From NCBI RefSeq assembly GCF_001194135.2, contig NC_068995.1:57994827-58058826 (forward strand): 64,000 bases of DNA. The letters are read 5' to 3'. How positions within the stretch are numbered: position 1 is the first letter of the stretch; each line of letters begins with the position of its first letter. This DNA is from Octopus bimaculoides (lineage: Eukaryota). Positions 1 to 13,418 of the stretch are shown in pieces. The notes beneath the pieces were generated by a model, which did no database searches, was not told the origin of the DNA, and was given only the letters and a program-made list of their open reading frames with translations. The position numbers were made by a program, and so were the translations under genes.

Positions 1-603
1 TTAACCCCTATGAAAGTCACTGTCATAATTAACACTAGCTTTGACTGTGAACTCAATTCTACAGATAGTAATAGAGAAGTTATATGTCAGCAGCTATGTG
101 TGCTGACAAAGAAGTAAATATAGGTCAGCTTGAAGAAGCCAAGCTACAAGGAAAAGAAGGTTGGCAAATTAGGTTGGCATTGTCAAGAATGCTTGTCCTT
201 GGTTTTTGGGCCACATTTTGCAAGAATAACAAAGAAACTTTAGAAAGATTAAATCCATCACAAGTATTGAGACTAGCATGGAATGATATAATGCAATGAT
301 AATAATTTCCATCTTGAGATTAGTATCATATAATGAAAAAAAAAACCAAGCAAATCAATATAGTATAGGATATTTGAAATAATGAAGTTGAAACAAAATC
401 TAAATTTTATGAAGTAGAACAGTGTTAAGTGTTAAATTAAAAGTTTTGGCATCATGAATTATAACAAAAAAAATCTAAAATAAAGCATACATACACAAGT
501 GTACACATATGCATGTGCATATGCACACATACACATTCGTGTTGCTTGAAAAAGCTTACAAAAGTTTCTTAAATGTTACCAGGTCTTGGAAAAATATTTT
601 GAT

Positions 604-635
<32 letters not shown>

Positions 636-3600
636 TAAATTGCCAATTATTCACATACTGAATTCTTTCTTTTCATTATATTTAGAACATTTAAAAAAAA
701 AATACTGAAAATTTAACTGACATATGTTATGAAATATTCAAAATAAATTAGATAAAAGTTTTTAGAAAAATCTTCTACCAATCCTAAAATATTTATATTA
801 TGATGAATTATGACTGTAAATTTATTTACTAAAGTTAATAATGCAATAAATGGAGATGGTAGACTAATAAGATACTGTATTTATTCCTGTATGATATGTA
901 GTTTGCTTTGGAGGTGTATGTATAAATGGCAGTTCTTTGGTCTAATGATCTCAGTCAACCTTTTAGTTACATGCATGGAAACAAAGTACCCTAAATCAAT
1001 TAGTTCTAGATCCAAAAAAGATGGAATGGTCATAACTGGAATGCCTGTCTGTCATAAAAACATATCAGTTTTCATCTTCAGTCCACTATCAAAATACACT
1101 CCTTTGCTTTCATATACTGTGTCCCCAGGTGGGAAGAGTAAGATGAGTTCAGTAACAAAGCTTAAGACATAGTACAATTGCCAGACGCATGGATACAACT
1201 GTATGAAGTTTTAATTCACACAAACATTATAACTGTCTTTCTCCCCATTGTCTTACTTTATTTTCTTTACTCTTATTCCTTAATGCAGATATAATTTCAT
1301 TTCCATAATTCATTTTAAACTGTATAGCCTGAAAATGATTTAGCTAATTAAGAAGGTCTATAATCTGAAGACCTCATCTATTTTGAAGGTGATAATACAT
1401 TTCCATGGAATCAGCATTTAAGTCATTCGACAAAAGAGGTTTAGCAAAATCACTTTTGAAGAGATTCACTGGCACTGTGTTGCACTGGTCTCTTTCCAAT
1501 ACAACCACCTCACAGTATAGCAGGTAAGAATGGTATGAGAGAATGATTTAGTGGTGGAGCACTAGACAAATTGCAAACTGACAAAACATCTAATGATTAG
1601 CCAAAAGAGAACAAGAAATCTCAAGGCTGAATTCATGTTACAGACAATTGAAAAATAATAAAGAAGACATAAAATAATGATGATAATGGTAGTAGTAGTA
1701 GTAGTAGTAGTAGTAATGATGTTCAGTCAATCCTAGCAGGATGAGGAAGTCAAATACAAGAAACAATCAGCTATTTCTCACAAAACAATCAGTCCAACTC
1801 TAAAGCGACCTTATGTTGATTTTAATTAACTAGTTCTAAGTCTTCTTCAATCAACTACTGTTTAAATATCTTATCAGGTTAATATTTCCATTCAAACTAT
1901 AGCCATTTGATTGCTCAATTGACATTATCCAACCCACAGTAAAAGTAACAACTATAATCTCCTGCCTCACTTTAAAGAAAGTTCTCATTCCCATAAACTC
2001 ACCTGGATGTCATTTTACATGCATATCTAACATTATATCTATTTCCAGACAATGAAAATACACAGGATTATTCACCCTTTCATTCATTCATTCATTCATT
2101 CATTCATTCATTCTTTCTTCTTATGGTTGCCTTTTTATTAGCATTATTTGAAACTTCTATAATAATATCACTGATTTGATTAACAATTTTATTGAATGAA
2201 TATTGCACATTAAAATCTCTTAATGTTTCTTAAAAGAAATAATGAATATTTAAGAAGAAATCTAAACATTTTGTGGTAAACTTTATTGACATGAATTTAA
2301 ATGAAGCAATTAGATGCAGAAATATTTCAAGAACCAGTTTAATTAGCCATAAATTAGAATCAACTGGAAGCTGTATATTTTCAAAATAATATTAACGAGA
2401 AGAAAGTATTGTAATATCACATTTATGCTATTCATTGGGAGAAATAAAAGCCTGAAGCATGTCGATAGAATAATAGACCAAAGACAGTGAATTGATGAAA
2501 CATAAAAGACCAGAATGGATACACGTTCTTAGAAAGATAACAACATCATTTTACCTAATATATGAATAGTCTTTAACAAGCAATAAACATGCTTTACAGA
2601 AAAAAAAAAGACACATGTCAATGTTTGTATTCAATTCATTTTGGATTTTATGATATTTATCTAATATGCCTTAAGAGAAGAAAGAATCAGTTAGCTAACA
2701 GTTTTCAGCACCATAGTATAATAGTTTTTATGATACTTCTATTGTTTAACTCAATTCTCTAGTTTAAGAACATGATAAAGTATAAATCTGCCAGATAACT
2801 TTTTTCCTTCTGTATACAAACATAATGGACTCTGCTCCCTTTCACCATCATCATCACCAATGCACAAGCCACAAAACAAACAATGGAAGCTTCCACCTGT
2901 TAGAAGTAGCAGCCAATTTTACATCATATTAAACCCTACCATCTTATAAAAGGAAGGATATATCTGATAAAGTAGTGCGAGGCATACAGACAGAATGGTC
3001 AAGGCTGAACATCATGAATAACACGATTCACCTGGGACTAAATAACAAATAACATACAAACTATATTTTGTCTTTCTTCTTTTCAGTCTGGACATCTCAC
3101 ACTTTATATTCAACCTGTCTATATATCTGTCTGTATGTCTGTGTTATAATGTTAAAACCATGTCTTTGAATAGGAAGTTTTTTCATTATTCAGCTTTCTC
3201 AAACTTCCCTAAAACCATACACTTTGTCCACACACAACCTCAATAAATATCATTAGGCATGCATCTTCTCAATGTATAAGGATCAGAAGGAAAACAAAAC
3301 TAACATGACAACCTAATTTTCAATTTCACAGGCAAAATAACAAGGAAAATGAGAGAATTTCTAAGAGGCTGTTTATCTGTTAGAAACAACAGCCACAGCT
3401 AACTCATATTACAGCTTACTATCTTAGAAAATATGAAGGATCATAGCTAGAATGCTTTTGATCTGCTCAATCAAAAGTGAATTTATATCTCAGCAACATC
3501 TGAAAAATACAAGACACTCCAACTACAATTAAATAACAAACTGCTAAGCTTCATACTAGTTACAAATATTAGGAATTAGAATTTCTGGTAACTTTTTAGG

Positions 3601-5899
3601 TATCACATGGCGATGAGTAATGAGATAGTAGTGTAGTGTACTAAGAGTAAAAATTCATTAGACAACTGTCCTTTTCTTTGGATGTAGTCCAGACTATTTG
3701 TGTTTGCATCTGCACTTTATCAGATAATGAACCCGAGCAGAAAGTCCGGCTTTTGGTGTGACTTTTGGTTTATTGAGAAAAGCTGTTACCATGAAAATTA
3801 TGCATGTTCAAAGTGCACTGAAGTATATCCTTTTATTCTGATCACTCAATTATTTCCATTATGGATTGTAAAGTATTTATTTGGTTCAAAAGTATTTTAG
3901 TGAATTCAGAGGCTCATTTGCCTCTGAAGTTATTTGACATGATGGTGTCTGTACGACACATGCTGTATTCAAAATAAGGAACAGTAGGAAATAGAAAACT
4001 AAGTGAACTATGTCATGTGGGAAATGGTAACTGGCATGGTACTGGTAGCATGATACTATCCTAAAGCAGAACAGCAACAAAATAACAAGGAACAACCCAA
4101 AGCAATTAAGACATGCGATCACTTGAAGATATGAGATTTACCCTCAAAGCAACTACATATACAAATGTTGCAGTAATATTGGCCTGTAAGGTTGCTTTCT
4201 ATGTGTAACATTAGCTACTATGTATAATGACCTTGTATAGGAAAACTACACAAATATTCACAACAAAAGCAATAAAGCATGCAAAGGAAGCTATCTGATT
4301 AGCTATGTAGACTGCCGATATGATAAAATGAGACAGGAGTTAGTTAACTCATTTAGACACTATCAAATATGCTGTAATCTGAAGACATTGCTTCATAATG
4401 CATCAGTCGCCTGGAAGCCAAAAACAGAAGAAATAGGAAGGAAAAACCTTATTTTTCACAATTTATTACAAAGAACTGAAAGGAAAGGATCTTCTTGAAA
4501 TACTTTAACAAAAGCCCCCAAGTATTACGAATTGTTTTAAAAATTCCTTTAAAATATTCTTTTTGACTTTACCTAAAATAAAGCACATTTCAAAACAAGA
4601 TCTTTTCTTCCCTCACAGAATTGAAAAGAAGAATTTTGAAAAAACATCTAAGAATCTGAATGAAAGAAAAAAACCCTAATATCAAAAACCTGGTTCCTTT
4701 AAATATTTTAAATTCTCACTGACAGAAATAAAGTTGCATTTATTCATTAAAAAAGGAAATAAGTTGTGAGGCAAAGTTATTGTTTAGCCCCAGGTCGGGG
4801 GTGTGGCTCAACAAATGAGNNNNNNNNNNNNNNNNNNNNNNNNNNNNNNNNNNNNNNNNNNNNNNNNNNNNNNNNNNNNNNNNNNNNNNNNNNNNNNNNN
4901 NNNNNNNNNNNNNNNNNNNNNNNNNNNNNNNNNNNNNNNNNNNNNNNNNNNNNNNNNNNNNNNNNNNNNNNNNNNNNNNNNNNNNNNNNNNNNNNNNNNN
5001 NNNNNNNNNNNNNNNNNNNNNNNNNNNNNNNNNNNNNNNNNNNNNNNNNNNNNNNNNNNNNNNNCTGCCTTAGGTCAGCTCTGAAACGAATTAAACAATT
5101 ACAGTAGTTTTATTTGGTGGAAACACATTACAATCACATTATACATTTGATGGCTAATGTTATTTAATTAGAGAAGATAAAAACTTATACAACTTTTCCC
5201 AATCTCTCATTCTTTCTCCCCAGCCTCTCCTTGATGCTTTTGAAACAAAAAAACTAATAATGCTTTTAGAAGATATGGCCATTTTTGCAAGTTACAAAAC
5301 AGAATAGGGATGTTATAAATACCATAAAAACATATCTGAATCTCAACAGACAGGGGGGGGGGGATAAAAAACATTGGCCATTTCTTTGTGGTGGAAAGTA
5401 CCACGAAACTGCCAAACTCATAACACTTGTTAAACGGTTGGGTCTTTTAATGAGTGCTGAAGTAATTGCATTGTATCCAGCAGCTAAGTGACCAACGGAG
5501 TAGCTGCAAAGTCTGAAAAACTCAGGTTATTATCCTTACTGCTTTTACAAAGTAAAGAAACTCATGTTAAAAGGGGAGACACCAACCTGATGAAAGACAA
5601 ATTATAGAAGACAGTAGTGAAAACAATTGAAAACAAGTTCCAAGATATGGCTTTCAAGTGTCCAGCACATGAATACTACCCATGTTTTCAACCCATGTTG
5701 TGAAATGTTTTCCTTTCCCACTTTTGGAACATCATATATTTCAGAATAATACAGATATATTAGCTTGTTCTTGAATACTTGTAATCTATCAAGCAGCGAA
5801 ACTGAGCAGGAGTTTGTGCAGGTTAGATTGTATCTTATATTCCTAGTGACTCACATAATGCATCATGCCTGTCAAACAGTCATTTAATTAATGAAAAGA

Positions 5900-6110
5900 T
5901 CATCATTTTAACACCTACTTTTCCATGCTTACATGGCTCAGACGGAGTTTACTGAGGCAGATTTTTAAGACTGCATACCTTGCTTATCACCAACGCCCAT
6001 CTGTTCCCAAGCAGGTAATATTTCCCCATGGCCAGTTGTGCTTTTGCAGAATATTGGATATGAATGACATTTATTTACAACATTCACTCAATACCAAGGC
6101 AAGAAGACAC
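5900..6110. repeat. Dispersed repeat family Y (RTE-tail related); also ~49455-49660 and ~61300-61420
   Basis: Shared block GAGGCAGATTT...CTGTTYCCAARYARGTAATAYTTCCYCATGG...CAAGACAAGGAGACAC. Confidence 0.7.
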
Positions 6111-6149
6111 ACACGTACACGTACATACGACGGGTTTCTTTCAGTTTCT

Positions 6150-6375
6150 TATTTCTTCACTGCCCCCAGGGGGCTAAACACAGAGGGGACAAACAAGGGC
6201 AGACAAAGGGATTAAGTCGATTACATCGACTCCAGTGCATAACTGGTATTTAATTTATCGACCCCAAAAGGATGAAAGGCAAAGTTGGCCTCGGCGGAAT
6301 TTGAACTCAGAACGTAACGGCAGATGAAATACCGCTAAGCATTTCGCCCGGCGTGCTAACATTTCTGCCAGCTCA
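6150..6375 (-). mobile_element. tRNA-derived SINE (family A), nested in another SINE
   Basis: Reverse strand reads GAGCTGGCAGAAATGTTAGC (A-box-like) ... GAGTTCAAATTCC (B-box-like) ... CTTTGCCTTTCATCCTTTTGGGGTCGATAAATTAAATACCAG. Flanked by direct repeat CAGTTTCT at 6142-6149 and 6376-6383. Confidence 0.9.
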
Positions 6376-6439
6376 CAGTTTCTATCTACCAAATCGACTT
6401 ACAAGGATTTGGTTAGGATATTCAAATAAGGCACTCATC

Positions 6440-6890
6440 CTCATTTAACGTCCATTCTCCATACTGGCATGGGTTGGATAGTTTGCCATGGAGCTGTCCA
6501 GACTCCAACTGTCTGTTGTGGCATGGTTTCTATGGCTGGATACCCTCCTAATACCAACCGCTTAACAGAGTGTGCTGAGTACTTTTTTTGCCACCGGCAC
6601 AAGTGTTTATGCAGCACCAGCATGGGTGCGTTCACACAGCATAGGCACCTAAAATGACAAGCTTGCATGCGTAGAAGACAACGATTTTACTTAGCTTGAC
6701 ACATTTTATCAAGAAAAGGAAATTGCCACATCTCCAGATCCCTCGTCATTTCCGCATCGAGGCCCAGTATCTGAAGATCTTTCTCACCTCTTCGTCACAT
6801 GTCTCCCTAGGTCTACCTCTTCCACGGGTACCCCCCACAATTAAAGATCGACACTTCTTTATACAACTGTCCTCATCCATACAGACAGAA
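6440..6890 (-). mobile_element. 5'-truncated RTE LINE (RT C-terminus plus 3'UTR)
   Basis: Minus strand gives MDEDSCIKKCRSLIVGGTRGRGRPRETCDE, the RTE C-terminal GRGRPR motif. It is followed by a diverged version of the 3' tail seen at 10230-10395. Confidence 0.8.
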
Positions 6891-7766
6891 CTATATTACA
6901 AAAATAATAACTCTTTGCCTTAGTCATATTTGATGCTCCTACTTTCAGATCAGTTAGTACCCTTGACCATAGCTAACTGCATCAAATTTGGATATGTTCT
7001 CTGATATCAAATAGTCTCAGAGCCAAAAGCATATTTACACTCATTCCTTCCTTTGTTCTCCTTTGATATCTTCGTTTTTCCTTTGATATCTCACTCTTCC
7101 TCATTGTTATAGCTTTTCTACCTTATCTCTCTGACATTCTTTGGAATCATAGCAATAAGAAGCACTTTCTAGCCACACACACACTTCACTGTTAATCATG
7201 ATGAAGATTCTTTCTCTGAGTATTTGCAGGGATTGGATTATCAAATAGTCATTTACAAGTAGTTATGATTAATCTAATACAAAGCAAAGTTTTACTAAAA
7301 CATTTCTGAAAAATTCAATTCTTAAAATGCCGTCCTTTAAATTTATTTCAGGATGTTATTAAATGGTGGCTAAGGGTACTGCAACTTTGTATCACAATGA
7401 TTTAAAAAAGAAAAAAAATTAAATCCAACCCAAGCCTGTCAATATGTATAGATGTAGAAACATGACTCATGAAGATAATCAGAAAATACTTTTCTATCGA
7501 AACAGTATGGATAGAATGACAAGCAATAAAGTTAATAGTCCGATCCCTGTATACTTTTCTAAGTCGGAAGATATCTTACAAATACAGATATATATAATTA
7601 CCTGTTATTCATTCCGTTCTTGTGGAATTTCACATTCACCAGGCATGGTATCAGACGGATACAAAAATGGCTAATATAAAAGAAAAGAAAAAATATAGAA
7701 TATTGCCATACAAAGGATTGAAACAGTTAATAAAGAGGTGAAAGTGAATAGAAATGAGAAAAAGGT

Positions 7767-7802
<36 letters not shown>

Positions 7803-8119
7803 GAAAGAGCACAGGTGAGTGAGTGCATATTACATATGAAACCAACAGAATTGCAACTTTATCGTTTATTATTGTTATCTAGAGAGGAAGGACAAAACAA
7901 ATAGATTTATCAAGTACCACCACCACCACCCTTCCACCACCAAATAAGAGATAAGAATAACCAACTTATATTCATAGAATTAATATTTAGTAGTAAAATA
8001 AATTCCTTTCAATGCTAAGAAATCTCTAGATAGCTTCTATTACCGAATTCGTGGTAGTGGAAAGAAGGTGCTCTGAAAGCATGGGAAAGTTAGAATAGGG
8101 TCAGAGTGAACAAAGTTCA

Positions 8120-8460
8120 AAGTGTCTCTCTGTGAATGAAAGATAGATTGTATTGTAAGATCCGTGTTTATGAAGTGCAATGCTGCACAGTTGTGAGACT
8201 TGCTCTAGTGAGTATGTAATGTTAGCGTGTATGAACGATGTAGTACAGATAAGCTGCGACATAAGAATGCCTTGTAGTGTGCAAGAAGAAGACAATATAG
8301 GTAGAGACATGTATTGCATATGGATGGCACATAGGTACAAAAAAGTACCAAGAGATACAAGTGGAAGGAAACTATAGGATAAAACTTGGAAATGTATAGG
8401 TAGAAGTAATGAAAAAGTAATCCCAGGAATGTTGAACTTGACAAAGGAGATCATGAAGAA
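8120..8460 (+). mobile_element. Degenerate RTE LINE RT fragment
   Basis: MLHSCET resembles MLHGSETW of the RTE copy at ~62150-62170; CSVQE and KK...GR remnants follow. Confidence 0.6.
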
Positions 8461-9164
8461 CTCCAGCAAATGGTAAGAAACTGTTCAACTCACAATTCAT
8501 AGCATCGTGGAAAAGCAGACATAAAAAAGACAGAGGTTGGGAGGGAAGTGAGAATGAGAGTGAGAGTTACAATGTAACAGTATTGAGTAGGTTAGGTTTT
8601 TAAAAAATTAATCAGTCCTAGTTCCAGGATATGATGGACAGGTGCATGTGAAGAAAAAGTGCGGATGAAGATGGTACACCATTAGTAATTTGAAAGAAGC
8701 TGTGATTATTGTAATAAGAGTGGTTTTAAGTTATTAGGATTTAGTCAACACTGGTACATTGTTTGCTACTTATTTATTGATCTTGTAAGAAATGAAAGGT
8801 AAGTGGATCTTTGTGTAGAGGAACAACATTCAATTAGAACTAAATACTGCATACACTCATTTTGTCATCTCATGCTAATATTCTCACACACACACACACA
8901 CACAACAGTTTCTGTCACCCAATTTTACTTACAAGGTTTTTGGTCAACTTAGATCTATAGTTGAAGACTCAGCATCATACAATGGGAAGACAAAACCAAA
9001 ATCATGTGGTTGAGAAATAAACTTCTTAATTACATGGTCATGGTTGCACTCATATGATTATTTTTGGAAACAGTTAAAAAAAATGTGTGGCTGCTAAGTC
9101 CTTGGTTTATAAGCTGAACATTAGAAGCATCAGTTGTGGTGTGCAAGAGAGACGATTGCGCTAT

Positions 9165-10395
9165 CCCGGTGCAAGCTATGGACACATAAGAGGTGCAGCA
9201 ACATCAAAGGCAGGTTAACTAGCAAGTTAGTTTTTGTTTGTGGCAGATGTTCAGGTGCAATAAAGACTGCAAACAAACAGGAAACAACTTCTATCTCATT
9301 CCAGGGTGAAAAACTAGAGGTAGTCGATAGCTTCCGCTATCTGGGCGACCAAGTTAGTAGTGGGGGTGGGTGCGCTGAAAGTGTAGCTGCTAGAATAAGA
9401 ATAGCCTGGGCAAAGTTTAGAGAGCTCTTACNNNNNNNNNNNNNNNNNNNNNNNNNNNNNNNNNNNNNNNNNNNNNNNNNNNNNNNNNNNNNNNNNNNNN
9501 NNNNNNNNNNNNNNNNNNNNNNNNNNNNNNNNNNNNNNNNNNNNNNNNNNNNNNNNNNNNNNNNNNNNNNNNNNNNNNNNNNNNNNNNNNNNNNNNNNNN
9601 NNNNNNNNNNNNNNNNNNNNNNNNNNNNNNNNNNNNNNNNNNNNNNNNNNNNNNNNNNNNNNNNNNNNNNNNNNNNNNNNNNNNNNNNNNNNNNNNNNNN
9701 NNNNNNNNNNNNNNNNNNNNNNNNNNNNNNNNNNNNNNNNNNNNNNNNNNNNNNNNNNNNNNNNNNNNNNNNNNNNNNNNNNNNNNNNNNNNNNNNNNNN
9801 NNNNNNNNNNNNNNNNNNNNNNNNNNNNNNNNNNNNNNNNNNNNNNNNNNNNNNNNNNNNNNNNNNNNNNNNNNNNNNNNNNNNNNNNNNNNNNNNNNNN
9901 NNNNNNNNNNNNNNNNNNNNNNNNNNNNNNNNNNNNNNNNNNNNNNNNNNNNNNNNNNNNNNNNNNNNNNNNNNNNNNNNNNNNNNNNNNNNNNNNNNNN
10001 NNNNNNNNNNNNNNNNNNNNNNNNNNNNNNNNNNNNNNNNNNNNNNNNNNNNNNNNNNNNNNNNNNNNNNNNNNNNNNNNNNNNNNNCGTTGCCAGTACC
10101 GCCTGACTGGCTCCTGTAGGATTTTCGAGCGAGATCGTTGCCAGTGCCCCTGGACTGGCTTGTGCGGGTGGCACATAAAAGACACCATTTCGAGCGTGGC
10201 CGTTTTCGTGCGGGTGACACGTAAAAGCACCCACTACACTCTCTGAGTGGTTGGCGTTAGGAAGGGCATCCAGCTGTAGAAACTCTGCCAAATCAGACTG
10301 GAGCCTGGTGTTGCCATCCGGTTTCACCAGTCCTCAGTCAAATCGTCCAACCCATGCTAGCATGGAAAGCGGACGTTAAACGATGATGATGATGA
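9165..10395 (+). mobile_element. Young 5'-truncated RTE LINE copy 1 (spans N gap 9432-10087)
   Basis: Stop-free RCKLWTHKRC...VVDSFRYLGDQVSSGGGCAESVAARIRIAWAKFRELL (RT YLG motif). The 3'UTR ends ACGTTAAAC(GAT)n. Differs from copy 2 at one position over about 258 nt before the gap. Confidence 0.93.
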
Positions 10396-11489
10396 TACAT
10401 ATACATGGGAACATGTGTACACACATATGTATCTCAATGAATTATAAATTTCAGTCCTTTTATTAATTAGAAGTATAACAATGAGTTTACTGCCTATACT
10501 GTTCTCATGTGCACTACAATAATATTGTGTGCAGAGTACCACAAATGGCAGAGAAGCAAACTGTTTGGCAGTCCATACTTTCAACCCCTGTGGTTCAAAG
10601 TTCAAATCCAGATGAGGTTGATTTTGCCTTCCCTCTCTGCAAAATCGTTGCATGTGATGATTAAAAATCAATCAATTTTACCCACCCCCTTCAAATATGT
10701 AACCTTATATCAATGTAATAACTTTATCAAAATACAAAAATTCTAATTTTCGTTTTGAATATAAGCAACAGCTTCCATTTTCTATTTCTCTTGTGAATTT
10801 AATTTTCAAAAAATATTTTTTTCTTTTTCTTAATATTTTATTTTTGCTAAATATAAACAACTTGGAGAAAAAGTGGCAGCAAAGTCTAAGAGTGAATGAA
10901 TGATTGTGTTTCAACTTGAACCATTTACATCACTATCTTTGGGAAAAGTAAAAACCTAACAAACCTTCATTGATTCCTTCTACCAAGATAAATAAGCCAA
11001 TAAGGATAAATAAGCCAGTAAAGGATATTGCTTATTCTGAAAAATCAAGCAGAAAATCAAAACGTTTGGTATTCCACTCAATTTAGCACACTCTCACATT
11101 TCTCACAATTACAAACAATGTGTATTATTCTCTTTTTAAATTAAAAAGTACAACTGTCGTCTGCAGCCTGATTGCTTAACATTTGATACAGAACACTAAA
11201 AAGATCGATACAGATTGTGAAACCAAGTTTATTCTGTAAACACCGGAGCCTATTCAAGCGAAAATAAAGTGATTCATATTAGCACTAAACATTCCAGTTG
11301 GAGTTGTCTCCCATAGAGTATTAGCCAGTTTTATAATAGATCCAAGGTGTTATTGGCCTGCCTCTGGCAATGACACAATTGATCAACACTATATAGTTTC
11401 ATATAAATCTATTAACAGAGGTAGATGGTTAAATTGATATTAACAAGAATAGATTCAAAGCTGATCGTTAGAGGTTATCACCAGTCGCT

Positions 11490-13218
11490 ACATCTACATC
11501 CATGTGCATTAGAAATGGCAACAATTGTTCTGGGGAAAGGAGTAAGAAGGAAGCTGGAATTAGTGCCACTATAATGTTATTCAGAGCCGAATTGGTGATT
11601 TGCTTTCAGATATTTTGGATTAAGTTATCTCATATATCAAGGTTAGTCCCTTGAAAATCTCTCTTCAGTTGGACAAAACAACTGATGTTTCAAGTTGCAA
11701 TCAACTCATCACATTAGTGAGGTATGTCCATGATGGTGCCACAAATGAAGATTTCCACTTCTGTGAAAATTTAAAAACAACCACAAAAAGATGTGTTCCA
11801 GTTTGTGAAAAACTTTTTTGCAAAGCATGATTTAGCTATCCAAATTATTGACTTTGTGTGTAATGACAGTGCCCCTGCTATGCTGGGAAATAAATCTAAA
11901 TGTTTTGCACTGATGAAGCAGGAGATTCTGCACTTGCAAAGCATGCATTGTTTCCTCATTGTCATGCTTTGGCATTGAAAACTTTGCCCCCAAAGTTGAA
12001 GAAAGTCCTTGACACTTTTGTAAAAACCATGAACTGAATCAGGGGTCGTGCTCTGAATTACCACCTCTTTAAGTCAATTTGTAAAGATCTTGTAAATGAA
12101 CATACATTTTCGCTTTTCCACACAGAAGTCCACTGACTTTCACGTGGGAGAGCTTTAACTTGCTTCTTCAAACTGTGAGAAGAAATCAAAGCTTTTCTGA
12201 AGGAACGTGATTATGATTTGCTTGGAAAATTGGAATCACAAAAATTCAGCCAAGTGCTAGCTTATTTGACAGACATTTTCACTCATATGAATGATCTGAG
12301 TCTATCTTTTCAAGGAAAAAACAAACATATTCAAATGCTGTGAAAAGTTAAATGTTTTCAAAGAAAAGTTAACTCTTTGGTGTCGATAAGTGAAAAGAGG
12401 GAATCTTTCAAATTTTCCATCACTTTAAGAAATGGCTGATGATAAAGAATCTATAATTCCTAGTGTGTGTGTGAAGAAATTGTGGCTCATTTGAAAACGT
12501 TGTAAAAGTCATTTGATGGCTATTTTGCAGCAGGAAAACTGGAAACTTCCAAAGACTGGATTATGAATCCATACTCCTTCAAATTGAATGATATATCAGA
12601 TGATGGAGAGCTGAAGGCAGATCTCATTGAACTGCATGCAAACTGTGTTCTTGGAATGCATTTTGAAAGCAAAACTTTGCAAGAGTATTGGTGTTCAGCC
12701 ATGAATATGTTTCCAAGACTTTTGTTAAAAAGCAGTAACTGCACTCATCCCATTTGCAGTAGTTGCATTCATCACTTATGTGAATCTGGATTTAGTCCTC
12801 TTTTGTCAGTCAAGACAAAATCTAGAAATTGCTTGAATGCACAGGCAGGCATACAGATTGCTATCAGCAACACAGTGCCACATTTTGAAAACCTCTGATA
12901 ACCAAGAAAGAGGAACAAAAGAGTCATTAAATTTAAACTCATTTATTCACGTTTAAGCATTAGTTGTTTCAACGTTTTATTTTGTAAAAATAAAATTTGT
13001 TATAATAAAGTTTATTTTAATTTGCTACAATATTTGACCATATGTTTCATTTTTCTTAACATAACGAAAAGTTAGATAAAATAAAATATGTTGCTCAAAT
13101 TTAGTAGAAGTTCACCTTCTTTATTGTCAAATAAATTATTAATTTTTTTAAGGGGTGCAAAGACATCATATAAAATTTTTTAGAGATGCGAACATAACAA
13201 AAGATTGGGAACCACCAC
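11490..13218 (+). mobile_element. Decayed hAT (Charlie/ZBED8/SCAND3-like) DNA transposon, left end not found
   Basis: Frameshifted transposase: LQLDKTTDVSSCNQL, CNDSAPAMLG, HCFLHCHALA, HTEVH*LSRG, LAYLTDIFTHMNDLSLSFQG, LCESGFSPLLSVKTKSRN (hAT dimerisation region). Right TIR-like TTGGGAACCAC at 13206-13216. Confidence 0.92.
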
Positions 13219-13294
13219 CATAGAGAATCTACCTCAACAGATTTTGTCTGACCCAAGCAACAAAGAAAATGTGGTGATTAAAATGACAATACTG

Positions 13295-13329
<35 letters not shown>

Positions 13330-13364
13330 CACACATATTACATATTCATGCATACAAACACACG

Positions 13365-13418
<54 letters not shown>

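Noticed and set aside
84-1172. ORFs 84-299 and 810-1172 as genes
   Set aside because: No recognisable domain. The second overlaps a copy of repeat family X, and neither has clear splice support.
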